A stretch of 64,000 nt of DNA. Origin: Acanthaster planci (lineage: Eukaryota). The notes below the pieces were generated by a model, which was not told the DNA's origin, ran no database searches, and saw only the letters and a list, made by a program, of their open reading frames with translations. Position numbers and translations under genes: made by a program. The DNA lies in NCBI RefSeq assembly GCF_001949145.1, contig NW_019091355.1, positions 990,083 through 1,054,082 of the forward strand, written 5' to 3'. Below, piece after piece: positions 50,415 through 64,000 of the stretch (within the stretch, counting starts at the first letter, position 1; the number at the start of each line of letters is the position of its first letter).

Positions 50415-50690
50415 GGGATATATATACCTGCTAGTACGTCATCCTGTCAATTATCCCTTATTTGGTTATAAGGGCGGAGTTAACCTATATTAGGAATAGA
50501 ATGTCCCTCACTAGCCAATGAGATTACAGCAATTTCTGTATCTGGGGTACAAAAAAAAGGAACGGAGTTCAACTGTCAATTTGGACCAATAGGGGAGCAG
50601 CTGTTGGGTTATCCTTGGAAATGGAAGGCTACGTGTCTAACCGCACGTACATTTCCATAGCGCACTGGAAGAAGATACACGTGTATTGCT
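50415..50690 (-). promoter_or_regulatory. DDIT4-like promoter with TATA, GC box, CCAAT boxes and three ACGTG cores
   Basis: TATATATA ~50419-50426; GGGCGG 50472-50477; CCAAT at 50515 and 50586; TACGTG 50630-50635, CACGTA 50644-50649, CACGTG 50678-50683. Confidence 0.65.
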
Positions 50691-53600
50691 AAGGCATTGT
50701 ATTCACGGAATCGATTTTTAGTCAACAAGCGCAAAGCGTATAGGGGACCCAGTTTTACTGTCTTGGGGGCTTGGCTCGAGATAATATCTTGAGTAAATGT
50801 TTTTCATACAAAACAATCCCAAACTGAGGAGCTAGAAATTTGTCACAGAGGACAATAAGGCGCATTTTACCAGTCGATAATCTCACGGACAACATGCTTA
50901 CACGGACGGAAGCATCCCCTCCAAAGCATGAATGATGAAAAACAGAACGGTTAACTTTTCCCCAGTCATGAAAAGTTCAGTCTTGTAATGTTACGTTTAT
51001 TTCAGACCTGTGTCCAAACCCCTCTGAAATATTTTAAGCTAGGAATTCAGAAATCTTCTTGAAAGCTATTTTTCCCTTTTCTGTGGAAGAGAAAACAAAA
51101 ATATCTGTCGTAAAACGAAAAAGAAAAAGAAAAAAGATGTCTAAACTTCAAGACAAACTTAGTTCAGTGACCGAAAACAATCAAAGTGCTTGCTCTACAT
51201 TTTGCAATAACAATGAATCTTACTTATTCAAAGCTGCCAGTCCATACAGTGCATGCAGCTGCAAGCCGCCTGGAACGTGCGAGTAGACCCCTACGCTTCC
51301 AAGAAATGCCCCTGTGACAAGGCGCCGTGCTGGGCTAGCCCTGCATTGCGGGTTCAATACCCGATATACCATGGCTCCGTGGACTCCTGAAAACCTCGTC
51401 AGTTTCAGGGAAACTGTGTTGTAATGAACACACGGTGCGTGCAAATAGTCATTATGAAACCTGTAAATCCTATTATGAAATGCATTGGTTTTTATCCTCA
51501 ATAGATTCATTTAGAAAATCGAGTCTGATATCCTTCCTTATGTAAAGCGATATGGGATAGCCCAGGTTCAACCTCTACACTACTAAATAAGACGAAATTA
51601 TTCCAAATGGATGACGATTGATTATAATTTTCTAAATTCTATGCCAAGTACGTCTTCAAAATCCGTTTCTCTGATATATTAAGCTTCTTATTTTTCGTAA
51701 CCCTCACAATCACAAAGCATAATGACTCCTTAAAGTCTACAAGAAACTTTTCACCAAAGTTGGTCATTATTTCTACACTAACTTGAAGAATATTTTGTCT
51801 GCGACTTTACATTCCTAACTTCTTTGTTCCGTCTTTGTTTTAGCATTTGGCTTTCTGTGGTCTACACAGTGACGCACTGTGTCCCAACATCCTTACTGCA
51901 AACGTAATGAGGTTTCACTGCACTTCGATTCCTGAGAAAAAGGGATGTCCAATTACTTCAGTGGATATGCCTACTACGGAAAAACTCCATTCAAACAGAC
52001 ACAAAGACAAGGGATGAAAGCCTGAAATGCAAATGTATGATACAGGGACGTTTTAAGATCCCTATATACATGTATATCTTTGGACTGTACACAGTAACCA
52101 TATACTTCATCCGAGAATTTAGATAGTAGTTAATTAAAGGGAGGTTTTAATTCTCATTGGTAATTCAAACGCGCATGTAAACATTCGAACTTTTTATTCA
52201 AATCTCTAAAACTATTTTAGGGTTGGCTGTTGATGGGACCGGTTCAAACTCTTTTCGTGACCAAAGTTAAGTCGGGCAATGTATAGAAACGCTGTCTTGG
52301 CGACTGCTGTTGGGTCATTGGCAGAAGGGGCGAAAGTTCAGCCTTACAGCAGTTCCAGTGCAGAACGATACTCCCCAAAATTCCAATAATTTTCATTTGC
52401 ACCTTTTCATCAAATTCAAACAAAGTAAAAGAGCATTGTGTTTCATACTTCAATGATGCATTGTGTGGAAGATTACAATTATTTCCTACCGAAGTCATGA
52501 TAATAATCACAAAGTAATACTTGAGACAATAACAGGTCAGTGGGCCAGAGTTACAAGAAGATATGGCTTCGGAGTTCACTTCCTATTCGAGTAACACTAA
52601 CGGACATAAGAGCAAACAGTTGCTTGATACTGCTTCTTTGCCCCGCAGTACTTGCCCACAATTATCTACTGCCTGGACGAGTTCTTCACCAAGCCTTGTT
52701 CAAGTCGAAAGCTACCTTAATTAAACAGTGATGTCCAATCAAAAGTTAGTAAAATGCATTTTAACGATGGGCCATGTTAATTACGCCGATCATTGGAGGA
52801 GACTTTAAAAGGTTTCAGGTATTTCGAAATGTTCGCCCTAAACACGATGCGCCGATCGATCTCTGAGAACTGAGAAGAGAACAAGCCCTTCAAAACTCCG
52901 AATTCCAGAACTTTCTGTGAACATTAAGGAAGCTCGCAAGAACATTACAAAATGTAGGTTACAAATTTATGCACAACTGGCTACTGGGATATCGTTTCAC
53001 CCCAAGGAACGCGGCAAACGTCAGGTAGTTTGCAGTGACGTCACTGGACATTGGCTCCAAGAATAAACGAGCAAAGTTCGTCGCACGTTGGTGAATGGAA
53101 AGGTGTTGAAGGCGTGCAATAAATACCTGTTTACTGCAACAACCTTTCCTGCTTACTGCTCGTTTTCTACGAAGTTAACCAACGACTGAAATTAAGAGGT
53201 TCTGTCAACACTCGGCTCGTGGCACTAGGATGTAAAGTTTAGTAAAGGCTAACACAGCAGCGGAATTCGAGTTGCAAATACACGAATGAGTGTGGAATGG
53301 ACAAAAATCGTTAAAGACTGCACGAGGACATGACGTGAAGCGTTATACATGAATACACCACACTGTAAAATGTCTTAACACTCAGTCAACTTTCTAGAGG
53401 GAAAAGCTGGGTTTTCAGGATGATGGTTTCATTATTACCAAAAGTACCTCTGTCGCACTTCTTATGTTCCATCAATCAGTCGTTCACTTTTATCCAAAAC
53501 AGTGAAAACTTGTTGACATTTATTCTAATTGACATACTATGAACAGTGACATTTTTGTTACCTAAAGTTCTCAAAGGGTAGAATTTTGCGCCAATTTCTG

Positions 53601-56600
53601 AGCCAATCTAGAATACAGAGTGCATACGTGCGTAAGTTACCGGATGGCGGAGGTAGTGTTTCCCGAATTTTTCCTCAATGTTAATTTAAAATAACAATTT
53701 GCAATGAATAAACTTGTCTATAATCGTCAGCTCATCTTTGTTGGGTTAATAATCCAGACAAGTTACAATAGCATATACACTAAAATACAGGCCAGCTTAA
53801 TAATATCCAAAAGAAAGCTTTTCTTGTTGCGATCGAGGCCTGACTTGACCTTATGACTATCTTCCCTTTTGTTCAAAACTTAAAGTTCAGACTAATGTGG
53901 TCAAGGACCCGAGGTCAGTGGACATAATTTATCAAGATAACGACCCCACGGGGAGAGGAATGATTACGGATATGAAACCACACGGTGGAATCCCGGTCTC
54001 GTGCAGCCCAACAACCAGGGCTCGCCACAAACCAGATTATGGAAGAATGCGAAATATACCATTTCACAAGAAAATCTGGACCATAATTTTCAAGATCATT
54101 TTCAATCCCGATCGATTCTGATGCATGTAGCTGAATGTAATCCAAAATTTGGGGAGGAATTGATGTTGCACTGGAAAACAAATTTCATTTTGATATTGAA
54201 CACTTAAATGTTTGAAAAGTTATCAAGGTTGAACCAAAATCCAAAGTTGATAGATAATAAAATTCAATATTTCTTTATTTTCCCGTTGGTCAGTTTTGAC
54301 CCCGTGTCACCTCTCTTGGTCTCTCTTGTTTTTACAAGATAAGGCGACTGGACGATTATACCACAACTAGTTGGCGTTACCGTGAATTTATTTGCCGATT
54401 GGGCAAACATTCACCTGCATTGATTTTGACCCTGTTGTGACCGAAAACAGATCACAGAAATCTGATAAATTGCGGAGACCATAAGGTTGTAGCTATAGGA
54501 AGGGGTTTTCCGAGGAACCAATTTTGGTGGAATATCGGCCGCTGGAGGTCAGTATTTACGGAAAGGTTATATTGTTTAAATGAGGCAAACTCTGTTTAAA
54601 ATACAATACTGTATTTCAAATGTTACCACAAATTATTAAACAAATTTTTGATGTCGAAATGATGTTGTAATTGCACAATCTAAACCGAAATCTGGTGAAG
54701 CAAATTAAATGGCAATAACACATGGATTATCAAAAACACAATTGCGACATCTTCGCTTGATGTTGGTACATGTATGTGGTTTAAATATAATCTTGGGTGC
54801 GCAAAGACGAAACCTGCTCGAGCTGAGGGGCTCCTTGAGTAAAGTGAAGGCGAGGGCAGGCATTGTTAAAAAAATCCATATCAGCAAAGATTAGAACATG
54901 CTTTTCAAAGTCAAGATTTTGGAAGAGAGTACGGTGGGTTCTGTTTTCTTCAAAGAAACGGCATTGCAAAGTGTTTCTTGGCGCGCAAGTCCGCCATCCC
55001 GGCCTCTGTACATGTCATGAGGCGACTGTAAAACCATCTGACGACTGTTGCATCCTTGAAGAGATTACTGTGTAAATTTAACTCTCTAAAATTACTCCCC
55101 ATGCCCTTATTCCACTATACTAGGAAGCAGCCGTCGGTTATTGATCAAAGTTGTCTGAAGTTCCTTGCACGTCTCGCCGGCACAGCCAAGGATTAACGAC
55201 CGTTGAGCTGTCTGAACAAAGTACATCATTGTCCGCTATGTTTGCTTTAAAGTTCACGCCCACACATACACAAAACAAATCTGAATACAACAGCATCTTA
55301 CTCGACCACAATGTCCCTGTCGTTTTTCTTCTACCAATGAGCTACTTGTCAAGACCTAACATAATTATTTGAAAAAAAGTTACAACTTCAAAATGTTTTT
55401 TTTTCAAATACATGTACATGTAGCAGTACTTCAAAATTCGTACACACGTCAATTCAAACAAAATGCTTGTGTATGTATAGCCGCTTAAACAGAGAAACAT
55501 CTTTCTTGAAACTAATATGACAAACATGGAAACAATTTCTGAAAACTGCAAAAAAAAAATTTTGCTTTTGTTTGTCTTTTTTGGAGTAAATCTACAAAGA
55601 GGTGTTAATACAACATCTACAGATGCCACTCTGTTAAAAGGTAATATGCTGATTTGAAAGCGATCGCTTGACAGTTGACAGAAATGACATGATCGCGATC
55701 AGCCAATCAGCTTCCGCCAAGTCTGCAAATTCATGAATGATGGACAAAATACCAGACATTACGAGTACATCTATCCCACTCAGCTTGAGCCCCTAGACTT
55801 TGCACCACGATTTCACCGTCAACCAGGCAACTTGACGAATAATGAACCGCGCGGCGGGGGAATTGGGCGGTCGTACGTGTGGAACAAGGTGTCATAAAAT
55901 GCTGGAAAAGAAAATGGCAAATAAACGATTCGCGCCTGGGCAACACTGTTCAGCGCTTGGCAAATATACCGTGAAGCATGACAAGAGAACAATCGGCAAA
56001 TTCTCCGAGGGAACATTGGCCGCTGACTACGGGCAAAATGGAAACCAGTTGCACCTCACGCATGACTGAAACCCTGGCTATTTTTTCACGGAGCAACAAT
56101 GGTTGTTTTGGCGTTTCTCCGTGGATTTCGAAAGTTCCCGAAAACATGGTGGGTGCAATTTACACAGTGAGGTTTTGTCTAGGTTACTCACAAGTACGAT
56201 CATGTATGTGACCTATATTTTATCAAAGCCACATATCTGCCAGGCGACAAACTTTTAGGAAAAAGATAAAGGGACAGTCTGATCGAACCACACTAGACCT
56301 GTCTGAGTCACATAGAGTAAACCGACCCCTCCCATCTAAAGTGAGTAGATTGGTCCGTCAGGCAGTTTATAAAGGGTAGATTTCGGCGGCACTCCCCCCT
56401 AAAAAATCAGTTTAGTGCCCCCTAAAGAAACTGATTTCTAATGGTGTAGTCGATAAACGGCTTCTCTCGATGCACTTTTGAGTGCCAAAGACCCTTCAAA
56501 TATCCCTCCAAATTGACACATCACCAAACAGTTTGCCCGAGAATTCTACCTTGAAGACATGACTACTGCAAAAACTTCAATTCGTGTCTGGTCAGTCAAG

Positions 56601-56867
56601 TTTATGGGTCTTATAGAAACTTTCTGATCGCATCCCGTACGCACCATCAACCTCAAGTTTGACTAAAACTCGATCATGTGGTAAATAACAGCTAAGCGCA
56701 GAGCTATATTACGCACAAAACACAGCAGCGACCTGAATATTGGATGTGAAATTATCAATAAAGTTACCCTTAATCCTTCCCTGAAAAGGGGTAAGAAAAA
56801 AAGTTGAGGAAAAGAAAACTTTCTGTTAACCTGTTGGATTAGCGCAAGGTCCTATCTGACACGCACA

Positions 56868-57105
56868 AACTGCAAAAAACAGTGGTGTTAAAATCAACAC
56901 TTTCTGGTGTTATCAGATAAAAACACCGTATGGTGTTACTTTAACATAGCTGGTGTTACTTTCCACACCTATAAGTGTTACAATAAATGGAGGGTGTTAA
57001 AGTAACACCAAATAACACCAAAATTTTTAACACTGGTGGAAAGCGTTGGTGTAGTCCTCTTAAAACACCGGGGGTGTACAGTTTAACACCCAAGTTTTTG
57101 CAGTG
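56868..57105. mobile_element. Non-autonomous DNA transposon (MITE), CACTG/EnSpm-like ends
   Basis: Terminal inverted repeats ACTGCAAAAA...TTTTTGCAGT(G), with many internal GGTGTTA/TAACACC repeats in both orientations. Confidence 0.7.
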
Positions 57106-60100
57106 CATCTTTGTCTGCAACGGTGTGGCTGATCACCGAGGTGCGCTGAAAGCCCATCCATTGAATGGAGCAATGACTGGTTGAGTTAGAGGAAAAGGGC
57201 GCCCTCATGTTGGAGAAATCAAGCATGGCAAAAGTTGGGCGGAGTCACACAAACAAAATGGCGAAGAAGTGGGGGAGGGTCAGGTGAAACTAAACAATCA
57301 CTTGGACGGTTTCCGTATAAATTGAACGAGATTGTGCGAAGTTTTCCTGAACTTCCTCCAAAAGACGCCCCAAAAGTTGAAGATATAGGAATGTGTAATC
57401 CATTCTTGTTTATATTTTGACCTATTTTTGCAAGGAAAGCTTCAAGTTGCTGTACGCTTTACTATTACCAGTACTTAAAATGTATATACATAACCTTTTC
57501 TTTCTCACGTGAATCCTGCTGTGGTTGGGTTTGCCATGTTGTCCTTGAACTCACTACATGATGTGTTTGCGGTCACATCCGATTGCATAGTCAGAGTAAC
57601 TTGAGAAATGAATGGATTTAGCCTTGAAAAACTGCACTACAGCCGCCGATATCGAACGCCGAGTCCACGCCGTGCGTGAACAATGAAGAACAGGCCGTGA
57701 CCTGGCCAACTTTTACGGCTGAGTGACCAGCAAGACCACCCCAGCGCCTCAAGTGTTTGCGGTCACTACACTAGGCAAACTGTTTCAGAAAAAATGGAGA
57801 GCAAGAGACAATAGGCCCCGAAACCTTGATCCAATCTGGAAAAACGACGGTGTTTTTGTTGTCTGAATGGTTTCATGTTAAAAGTCTAGTACAAAAGGGC
57901 ATCTTGCCTCAAGTCAAGGGTCGGTGTATAGTGACAAGGATGAACTTTCTTCCCAGAATCCCACAAGTATTAATTGATATTACAGCCATTAATGTCTACA
58001 TTGACTGGTTTCATAAATCATCCTTAGAGAGCAATCGGAATTTGGTACATTTCGGCTGGCAGCAGTTGTATGTTAGACTTAAAAATGCAAGAAAATGGAT
58101 TTTTTTCTCCAATCCTTTGGTGCACGTACGTAGTAATCAGACTTATAATACTAGCTCACCAAAACACCCCACACTGTTGTTACAGCTACCGATTGTCATC
58201 TCCAAAGTGACCACAACCCCACCCCTGGGGCACCACCAATAAAAACAACAGGTGCAACTACTATTTGCACTGAACACAGCCCATAGAAATATTGCTGGTG
58301 ATTGCAACTTTTATAGGGTCTTACAATACACCCCCCAAAAGGGGTGGGGCAATGCTTCGGGGGGGGGCTCAGTGATGGACGAATTGCCACTTCAAACCTT
58401 ATTCTTCTTTTAAATTATTGACTAGTCAAGTGGTTGAAAACTTGGACACCACACAAATAAATAAAACACGGCCAACAGTCTTCTTTTGATCTTAGAGATG
58501 CATATCATCTCAGTTTTAATTAAAGAACAAGTTTTCACATGTCCCATAACAAAGAAATAAGAAGCGGTTTCACTCTGTACAGCTGAAGAACTTTTAGTGG
58601 TGAAGTTCTACATATAAAAAAACACAAATCTCCAGAGTTGGCTACGAAGTCGAAGACTGTCATATTCTACACAATGCACACGCCACAGGCATGATCACAT
58701 AACCCCATTACTGTGTAACAATTAGAGATATTTCAGTGGGAGAAAAAGTTAACGAGATAACAACAGAGTTGTTCTACTTTTGGTGGGACGAGTTTCTTCC
58801 CTACATTGTCGGTATCTTGAAAAGTAAAAAGCCACACAGCTGAAATAAGTCTCTTTTTGATGTACAGAAGACAGGATTTTAACCAAATTTGACGCTTCAC
58901 TGCCATTCACTCCAGGAACTGTAGTCTAGAATCTTGCACATACCGTTTAGAATTATTCTCACACAAATCTGCACACACTGTGAAAAAAAAATAGCTAAAC
59001 ACAAACAATGGTAAAGACTAGTCAAACAAGACCTCGTTTTTTAAACAGAAAAATTGCATGGAAAACCAAATGTACATACATATACACTAGTATACAAATA
59101 GGTTGGTAATTTCATCCATCAGAATTCACAATTTTGATATTATTTCAAACTGACTTTCTATTTGGGAACTCACAAAAATATACATTTCGTCTGCTACGGT
59201 AATTCTTTTGAAGTCTAAATTAGGTACGACATTTTACACTGATTTCCATACCTGCAGAGAAATGTTCTTTTCCATAAAACCCATCCTCAGTACAAGAAGC
59301 TAGCGACTGGCTTTTCATCTGGAGAAAACCGGCAGATAGTTGGTTTAAGAAAATTCATTCTTGGATGAAAATTAAGATCGGATAAGGATGAACAAAATAC
59401 AACATAAAAACTGTGTCCGATGATGCAACAAACGTGTACAGCTCCAAACTGCTTGAAAACTTCATCTTATACACTTGAAAACCAATTATAATTTGCCTAT
59501 AAAAATGCAGCAAGACAAACACATCATAAAATTTCTCGACATGATTTGCTAAAACTGAACACTCATTTTTTTTACATGAGAATCAAGACTCTAATTCATT
59601 GGGGGTAATTTCTTGGTTTTGTATATATACATATTTCTTCTCAAAAACCTGCCAATTATAGTGGTTTTGAGTTATTCTGTCTTTAAAAATTTTACATATG
59701 TACAACAGAGTAACTAGGGTAATTTTACAATTAATGTAAATTTCTTTAATTTACATAAAAAGTAACCAGACGTTACTTTATCCATACTAAAATCGATTAA
59801 ATCTCACTCTAAAAGAATCGACTCACTGATTTCACGAGTAAAATTTGAGATTAGTCAGAGAGGATTTTGTGAATTATAAGACTTCATCAGAAACTTGATT
59901 TTTTTCCCCTTAAAAATCTACAATCCATACTTTTAAAATGTATACAAGACTTTGTACTTTACCATGTAAAATGCTTCGCTGGAATTCCAGTCAGTTGCGT
60001 ATGGGGAAGTTGACTGGAAATGTTCATAAGTAATTATTTAATGGAAACAAGACAAAACAATTCTTTAGTCTAAAACAAAACTTTCCAAATAACTTAAAAA

Positions 60101-62758
60101 AAAAAAGAAAGCACAAATATTTGAACTATATTTCTACTCACACACTTTACACTCTATAACTTAGTCGTAATTGCTCCTACGCTCATTACCATTTTGTACA
60201 TCTTTTCAATTGTTTCTGAGGAAACAAACCAAATCCAGTAAATGTTTTTTTTAATTGATAACTCACACGATCATTTCAGTCGTATTTCCCACAAAGAATC
60301 ACAAGGAAGAGAAAAATATACATTCCCTTGCCTCTAACAAATCTTACATTAGCATATCGTTCTTGGTCCAATGAGATGGTTCCTTTTGTATCACATGAAG
60401 TATGACTGGTTGCTCATTGGTCAACTGGAAATATACATATTCATAACCTGCATAACATTATGCACAAAAACTATAGTAATAGACACTAGGCTTAGAGAAG
60501 ATACATCCCAGCATGCACTTCACCACCAAATCATAAATGATGTTTAAAAATGTAAATGAGAGTACAATTAGGTATTTGGGGAACTCGAACACTCTATATG
60601 AACCACAACAGAGTTCTTTCTACATGGCAAACCTTGAGAATTTGAACAATGCTCCAGTGGACATCTTACTGTTCTAACTGGGAACTGATCTCAACTGGGA
60701 CAGATTTGAAACACTGTGCATTCCCAAGTGCAAACATGGGAATGCTATTCAAACTTCGGTACAATCCAAACTGCCATGCCATGCTGCTTTCTCCCACTAG
60801 GCACACAGGAACCAGAAATCTTCTGAAGTTCCCTGAAGAGCCTATCCCCCTCCTCTGCTAAAGATTTACCAAAGCAGGTGCACATCCCTGGCAATGCACC
60901 AAGTCATCCTTGTACATTCCAGCAGATGAAATTTAAAGATGTCACATTTTGACTGACATTTAGCACATTCATGCACACCTAGCTTACATATTCTAGCTAG
61001 ACATCACTCACTGCACTACTGTTTGAGGGTGACGTCATGGAGAATCGTTCACAGACCCTTTTCAATGCAAGTAATACATGGGGCTAACATTGTCACTGAG
61101 CCAAGCAAGGATGACCTGAGAACCAGTGATGAGCCATGACACGACGAGTATGACATTCTAACCGGTAACGCAATTTTACTTGGCATACCGTTTTCTCATA
61201 TTGGCCGATTTCTGTGTATGAAAGCTCCATGTGAAAAATCAACCATGGAAACAAATGGCAAAAGGACCACAGCAAGTGACCATTCCCTTGCATCTCTTCA
61301 AGTTTGCCCATACCAGGTCACCACATCTGTCTTCCTGCCTGGTAACTGCTACATTTCAGAATCAGTAAATCTTTCTCCTTATTTAAATTCATACAAACTT
61401 CAATTTACAGTTGACCTAATGTCTGAACAGTTGCCACTACTGGGACCCTCAGACAATGCAGCAAAAGTGAGAATTTCATTTCTACATACTTTTTGAACAA
61501 TACTGAATGGGCACGATAGGTTCCAAAATTGGGCAGTGGAACCAGTTTCTGTGAATATATTTAAAACTTTCATATTTTAAAAATTACGAGCTCTGAGCAC
61601 CAATATAAAAGTACTTTGTTACCATGAGGTATTGATGCGTAAGAAAAAATGGTAAGTTGAATAGGTCTGCTTAAAAATATCTCTACCTTCAGTGCAGAAA
61701 CTACAGATAATCTGTGATAAAATACTAGTTATTGTTTTCCTGATGTTGAATGATTTGCAAAGGGCATACGATTGAGGGAAATATACACTTTGAAGATGAT
61801 AACCAGGATCAAACGAACAAACGTAAGAGTTGACAATTTGGGTCACTTTTGCCTTCGCTAGTAACTCAAATTGATTTTGGATCCTTTTGGTAAGTCACAT
61901 TCAAAAAGAACTTCACAGCAATCTGCAGCCATTCCAGTTTTTGACCATAACAGACCCTGCAGAAATGGGGCAAATACCATCTCTGGGAAAAAGCACATTC
62001 TCATTTCAAGACTCAGGCATGAATGTGCATTTACTGGAATGATCAGAACAGACATGCTACACATGACCAGAATTAACTAATACCAGCACTCCATGCAATG
62101 CCGACAGCCACTGGTGAGCACATGGGAAGACATTCCAACGCAAAATGTACGAAATAAAAGAAAACAAAAAGCAAAATAATACAAAGCGCACTAAGTCCAG
62201 CCAGAGAAGACAAAACAAAACAACTCACTAAACTTTCAACAAAAGCAACGGCACGCAGGAAAAGAAGTCGCAGCCAGATTCCACTTGACAAAAATAAAGA
62301 AGAGAGAAATGTGCATCCACGTAGTAACACAACTGTTTCATGGTGCCTTTATCACATTGCACAAGTTACGTTAAGTAGTCAGACTAAGCTTCGGTGTACA
62401 AAAGCCAGCCTGCAGGGCAAGTAGCATTATAAAATACTGGCTAGTCAAGTATTTTTGGACGAGTGCAAGTACGAGCTCTGTCAGGAAGGGGTTCAGTGTG
62501 AAGGTAAGTACTAACACTCATGAGTTTGCACTCTTTGGTGAGCAACGTCAAGTAAACAAGGTGAAACTCGATACAAAGACTTCTGTTTTGAAAAAACGAA
62601 GTGCCGGTTGATTACAGTAGTTGAGTAGTGCTTTCACTGGTGGTCTAGGATGAGTAATGTAGTGAGAAAAGGCTACCCACTGACAGTCAAGTGTACAATG
62701 AGGACTACGAGAAGACAGATGGGACTGGAGAGCGAGCACGAGTTCTACAACACTGCAG

Positions 62759-62929
62759 TCAAACCTGTGGGGGTCGGGCGCCCGTGGCCTGCGGCCAAAC
62801 AGGGCGGCCGGCCACCTTGTCCGGGTTGCGCGCGAGCGCGAGGGCGCTGGTTGGTGGCGTCATGAGGCTGGCCACGCCGGGCAGGTGCTCTGTGCTGGGG
62901 GCGGGCCAGAAAGCTAGGTTTGACTGGAG
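62759..62929 (-). CDS. Terminal coding exon of an unidentified gene continuing beyond the window
   Basis: Very strong polypyrimidine tract plus CAG acceptor at 62930-62932. GC-rich exon reads LQSNLAFWPAPSTEHLPGVASLMTPPTSALALARNPDKVAGRPVWPQATGARPPQV* (frame inferred). Followed by ~4.3 kb of UTR-like sequence to ATTAAA at 58515-58520 with a GT-rich downstream element. Confidence 0.6.
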   Translation of the reverse strand, partial: LQSNLAFWPAPSTEHLPGVASLMTPPTSALALARNPDKVAGRPVWPQATGARPPQV

Positions 62930-64000
62930 CTGAGAGGAGAGCGAGAAAAGAAGTGGGGAAAAAGAAAAAAAAAAGAACACACAGGGTGTTGTGTTCAGAG
63001 CATGAAGCTGGCAGAGTCAAAGGTGATGAATGGATTGGGAGGAGTAATTTCATTCAATTCAAGCCAGGGGTGGCAGCTTACTTTCATTACTCTTGGCTCT
63101 ATGCAGCAGTCTTAAAAAAAACAAGAACTTTGTATCACTGGCGACAAAGGTGCTCTTCGATTCAAATGTCAGCATAGAGAGAGAAAGGGTAATGGGGAAT
63201 CACTTTTTCAATTTGATCTAATTTCATCTTTGTCATTTCAGTGCATTTTGTGAAGGAAAGAATCCCTGACCTTGAGGACTGGACTGTGGATAAGCTCGTA
63301 CAGTCAGTCAGCATGCATAGCAGAGGCATTGCTGGTTAAATGCATAAGGACTGGTGACAAATTTCATGTTCTTTTTTTTGCTATAAGATTCTAAAAACAC
63401 CTGTACAAAATAAACTCAACCCTCCAAGTTCCTTCAAAATCCACCAAGAGATTTTGGAGGCTTTTGTAGGATTGAGCAAAGTAAAGCCTGGCTGGCTGCT
63501 GCTTTCCATGAGGGCTCAATGCCCTTTAGACTTTAGACGATTCAAGTAAGTTCCTGGCACAAAAGTCAAGGTAGTTAGTGCTCATGAAACTCTCTTGTGT
63601 TAAAGTCAACGACATGTATGCATCAATACAAATTATAGTACAAGTCTAGTTCCCCATGGACCGTGTACGCTATGATCATGTATGGTTGGGGGGATAGTAT
63701 TCTTGTGCTATCCCATGCTGCACTGCAATGATTGTGACTGTCAGCTTACAGACTCACCTGCAAAACCCAAAGCCAGTTCTGTGGAGCTTAGTCAAAGTTC
63801 ATGCTCACCCAAAAGCAACAGCTACAGAAATTACTTAACAAATGGCATTTCGTCTGATTACTTGTGTTTACTGAGCAAAACTTTTCCTGCACTAAGGAGG
63901 CTTTTGTGGTGCAGTTCTATGACCCCCCCAAAAAAACAAAGTGTAACTAAAAATTCTCAACACAAGTCTAGTTCCCAATCATGCGAATATGCTTAAGACG

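Noticed and set aside
51340..51365. tRNA gene (GGGTTCAATACCC B-box-like)
   Set aside because: No cloverleaf or A box can be built; at most a SINE remnant.

Overview
AT-rich eukaryotic (animal) DNA with spliceosomal introns. Gene content and repeat style suggest an invertebrate deuterostome, probably an echinoderm such as a sea star (inference). (1) 2.9-17.8 kb: a tandem cluster of six intronless rhodopsin-class (NRY/NRC-type, moody/GPR84/melatonin-like) GPCR paralogs, four intact and two frameshifted or truncated. The cluster has duplicated flanks, a 26-N gap and a promoter minisatellite. (2) DNAJB12/14 (minus, 9 coding exons, 405 aa), head-to-head with (3) an acid lipase of the LIPA/gastric-lipase family (plus, 8 coding exons, 477 aa). 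(4) Histone H2A.Z (minus, 5 coding exons, 128 aa). (5) DDIT4/REDD1-like (minus, 2 coding exons plus a candidate 18-nt microexon), with an HRE-rich promoter. (6) The last exon and ~4.3-kb 3' UTR of an unidentified minus-strand gene. The DNAJB-H2A.Z-DDIT4 order and orientation match human DNAJB14-H2AZ1-DDIT4L. The main unexplained signal is a ~170-bp fold-back element present twice (19002-19175, 37319-37487). Each copy lies in a larger, apparently structured non-coding unit that I cannot assign to any known RNA family.
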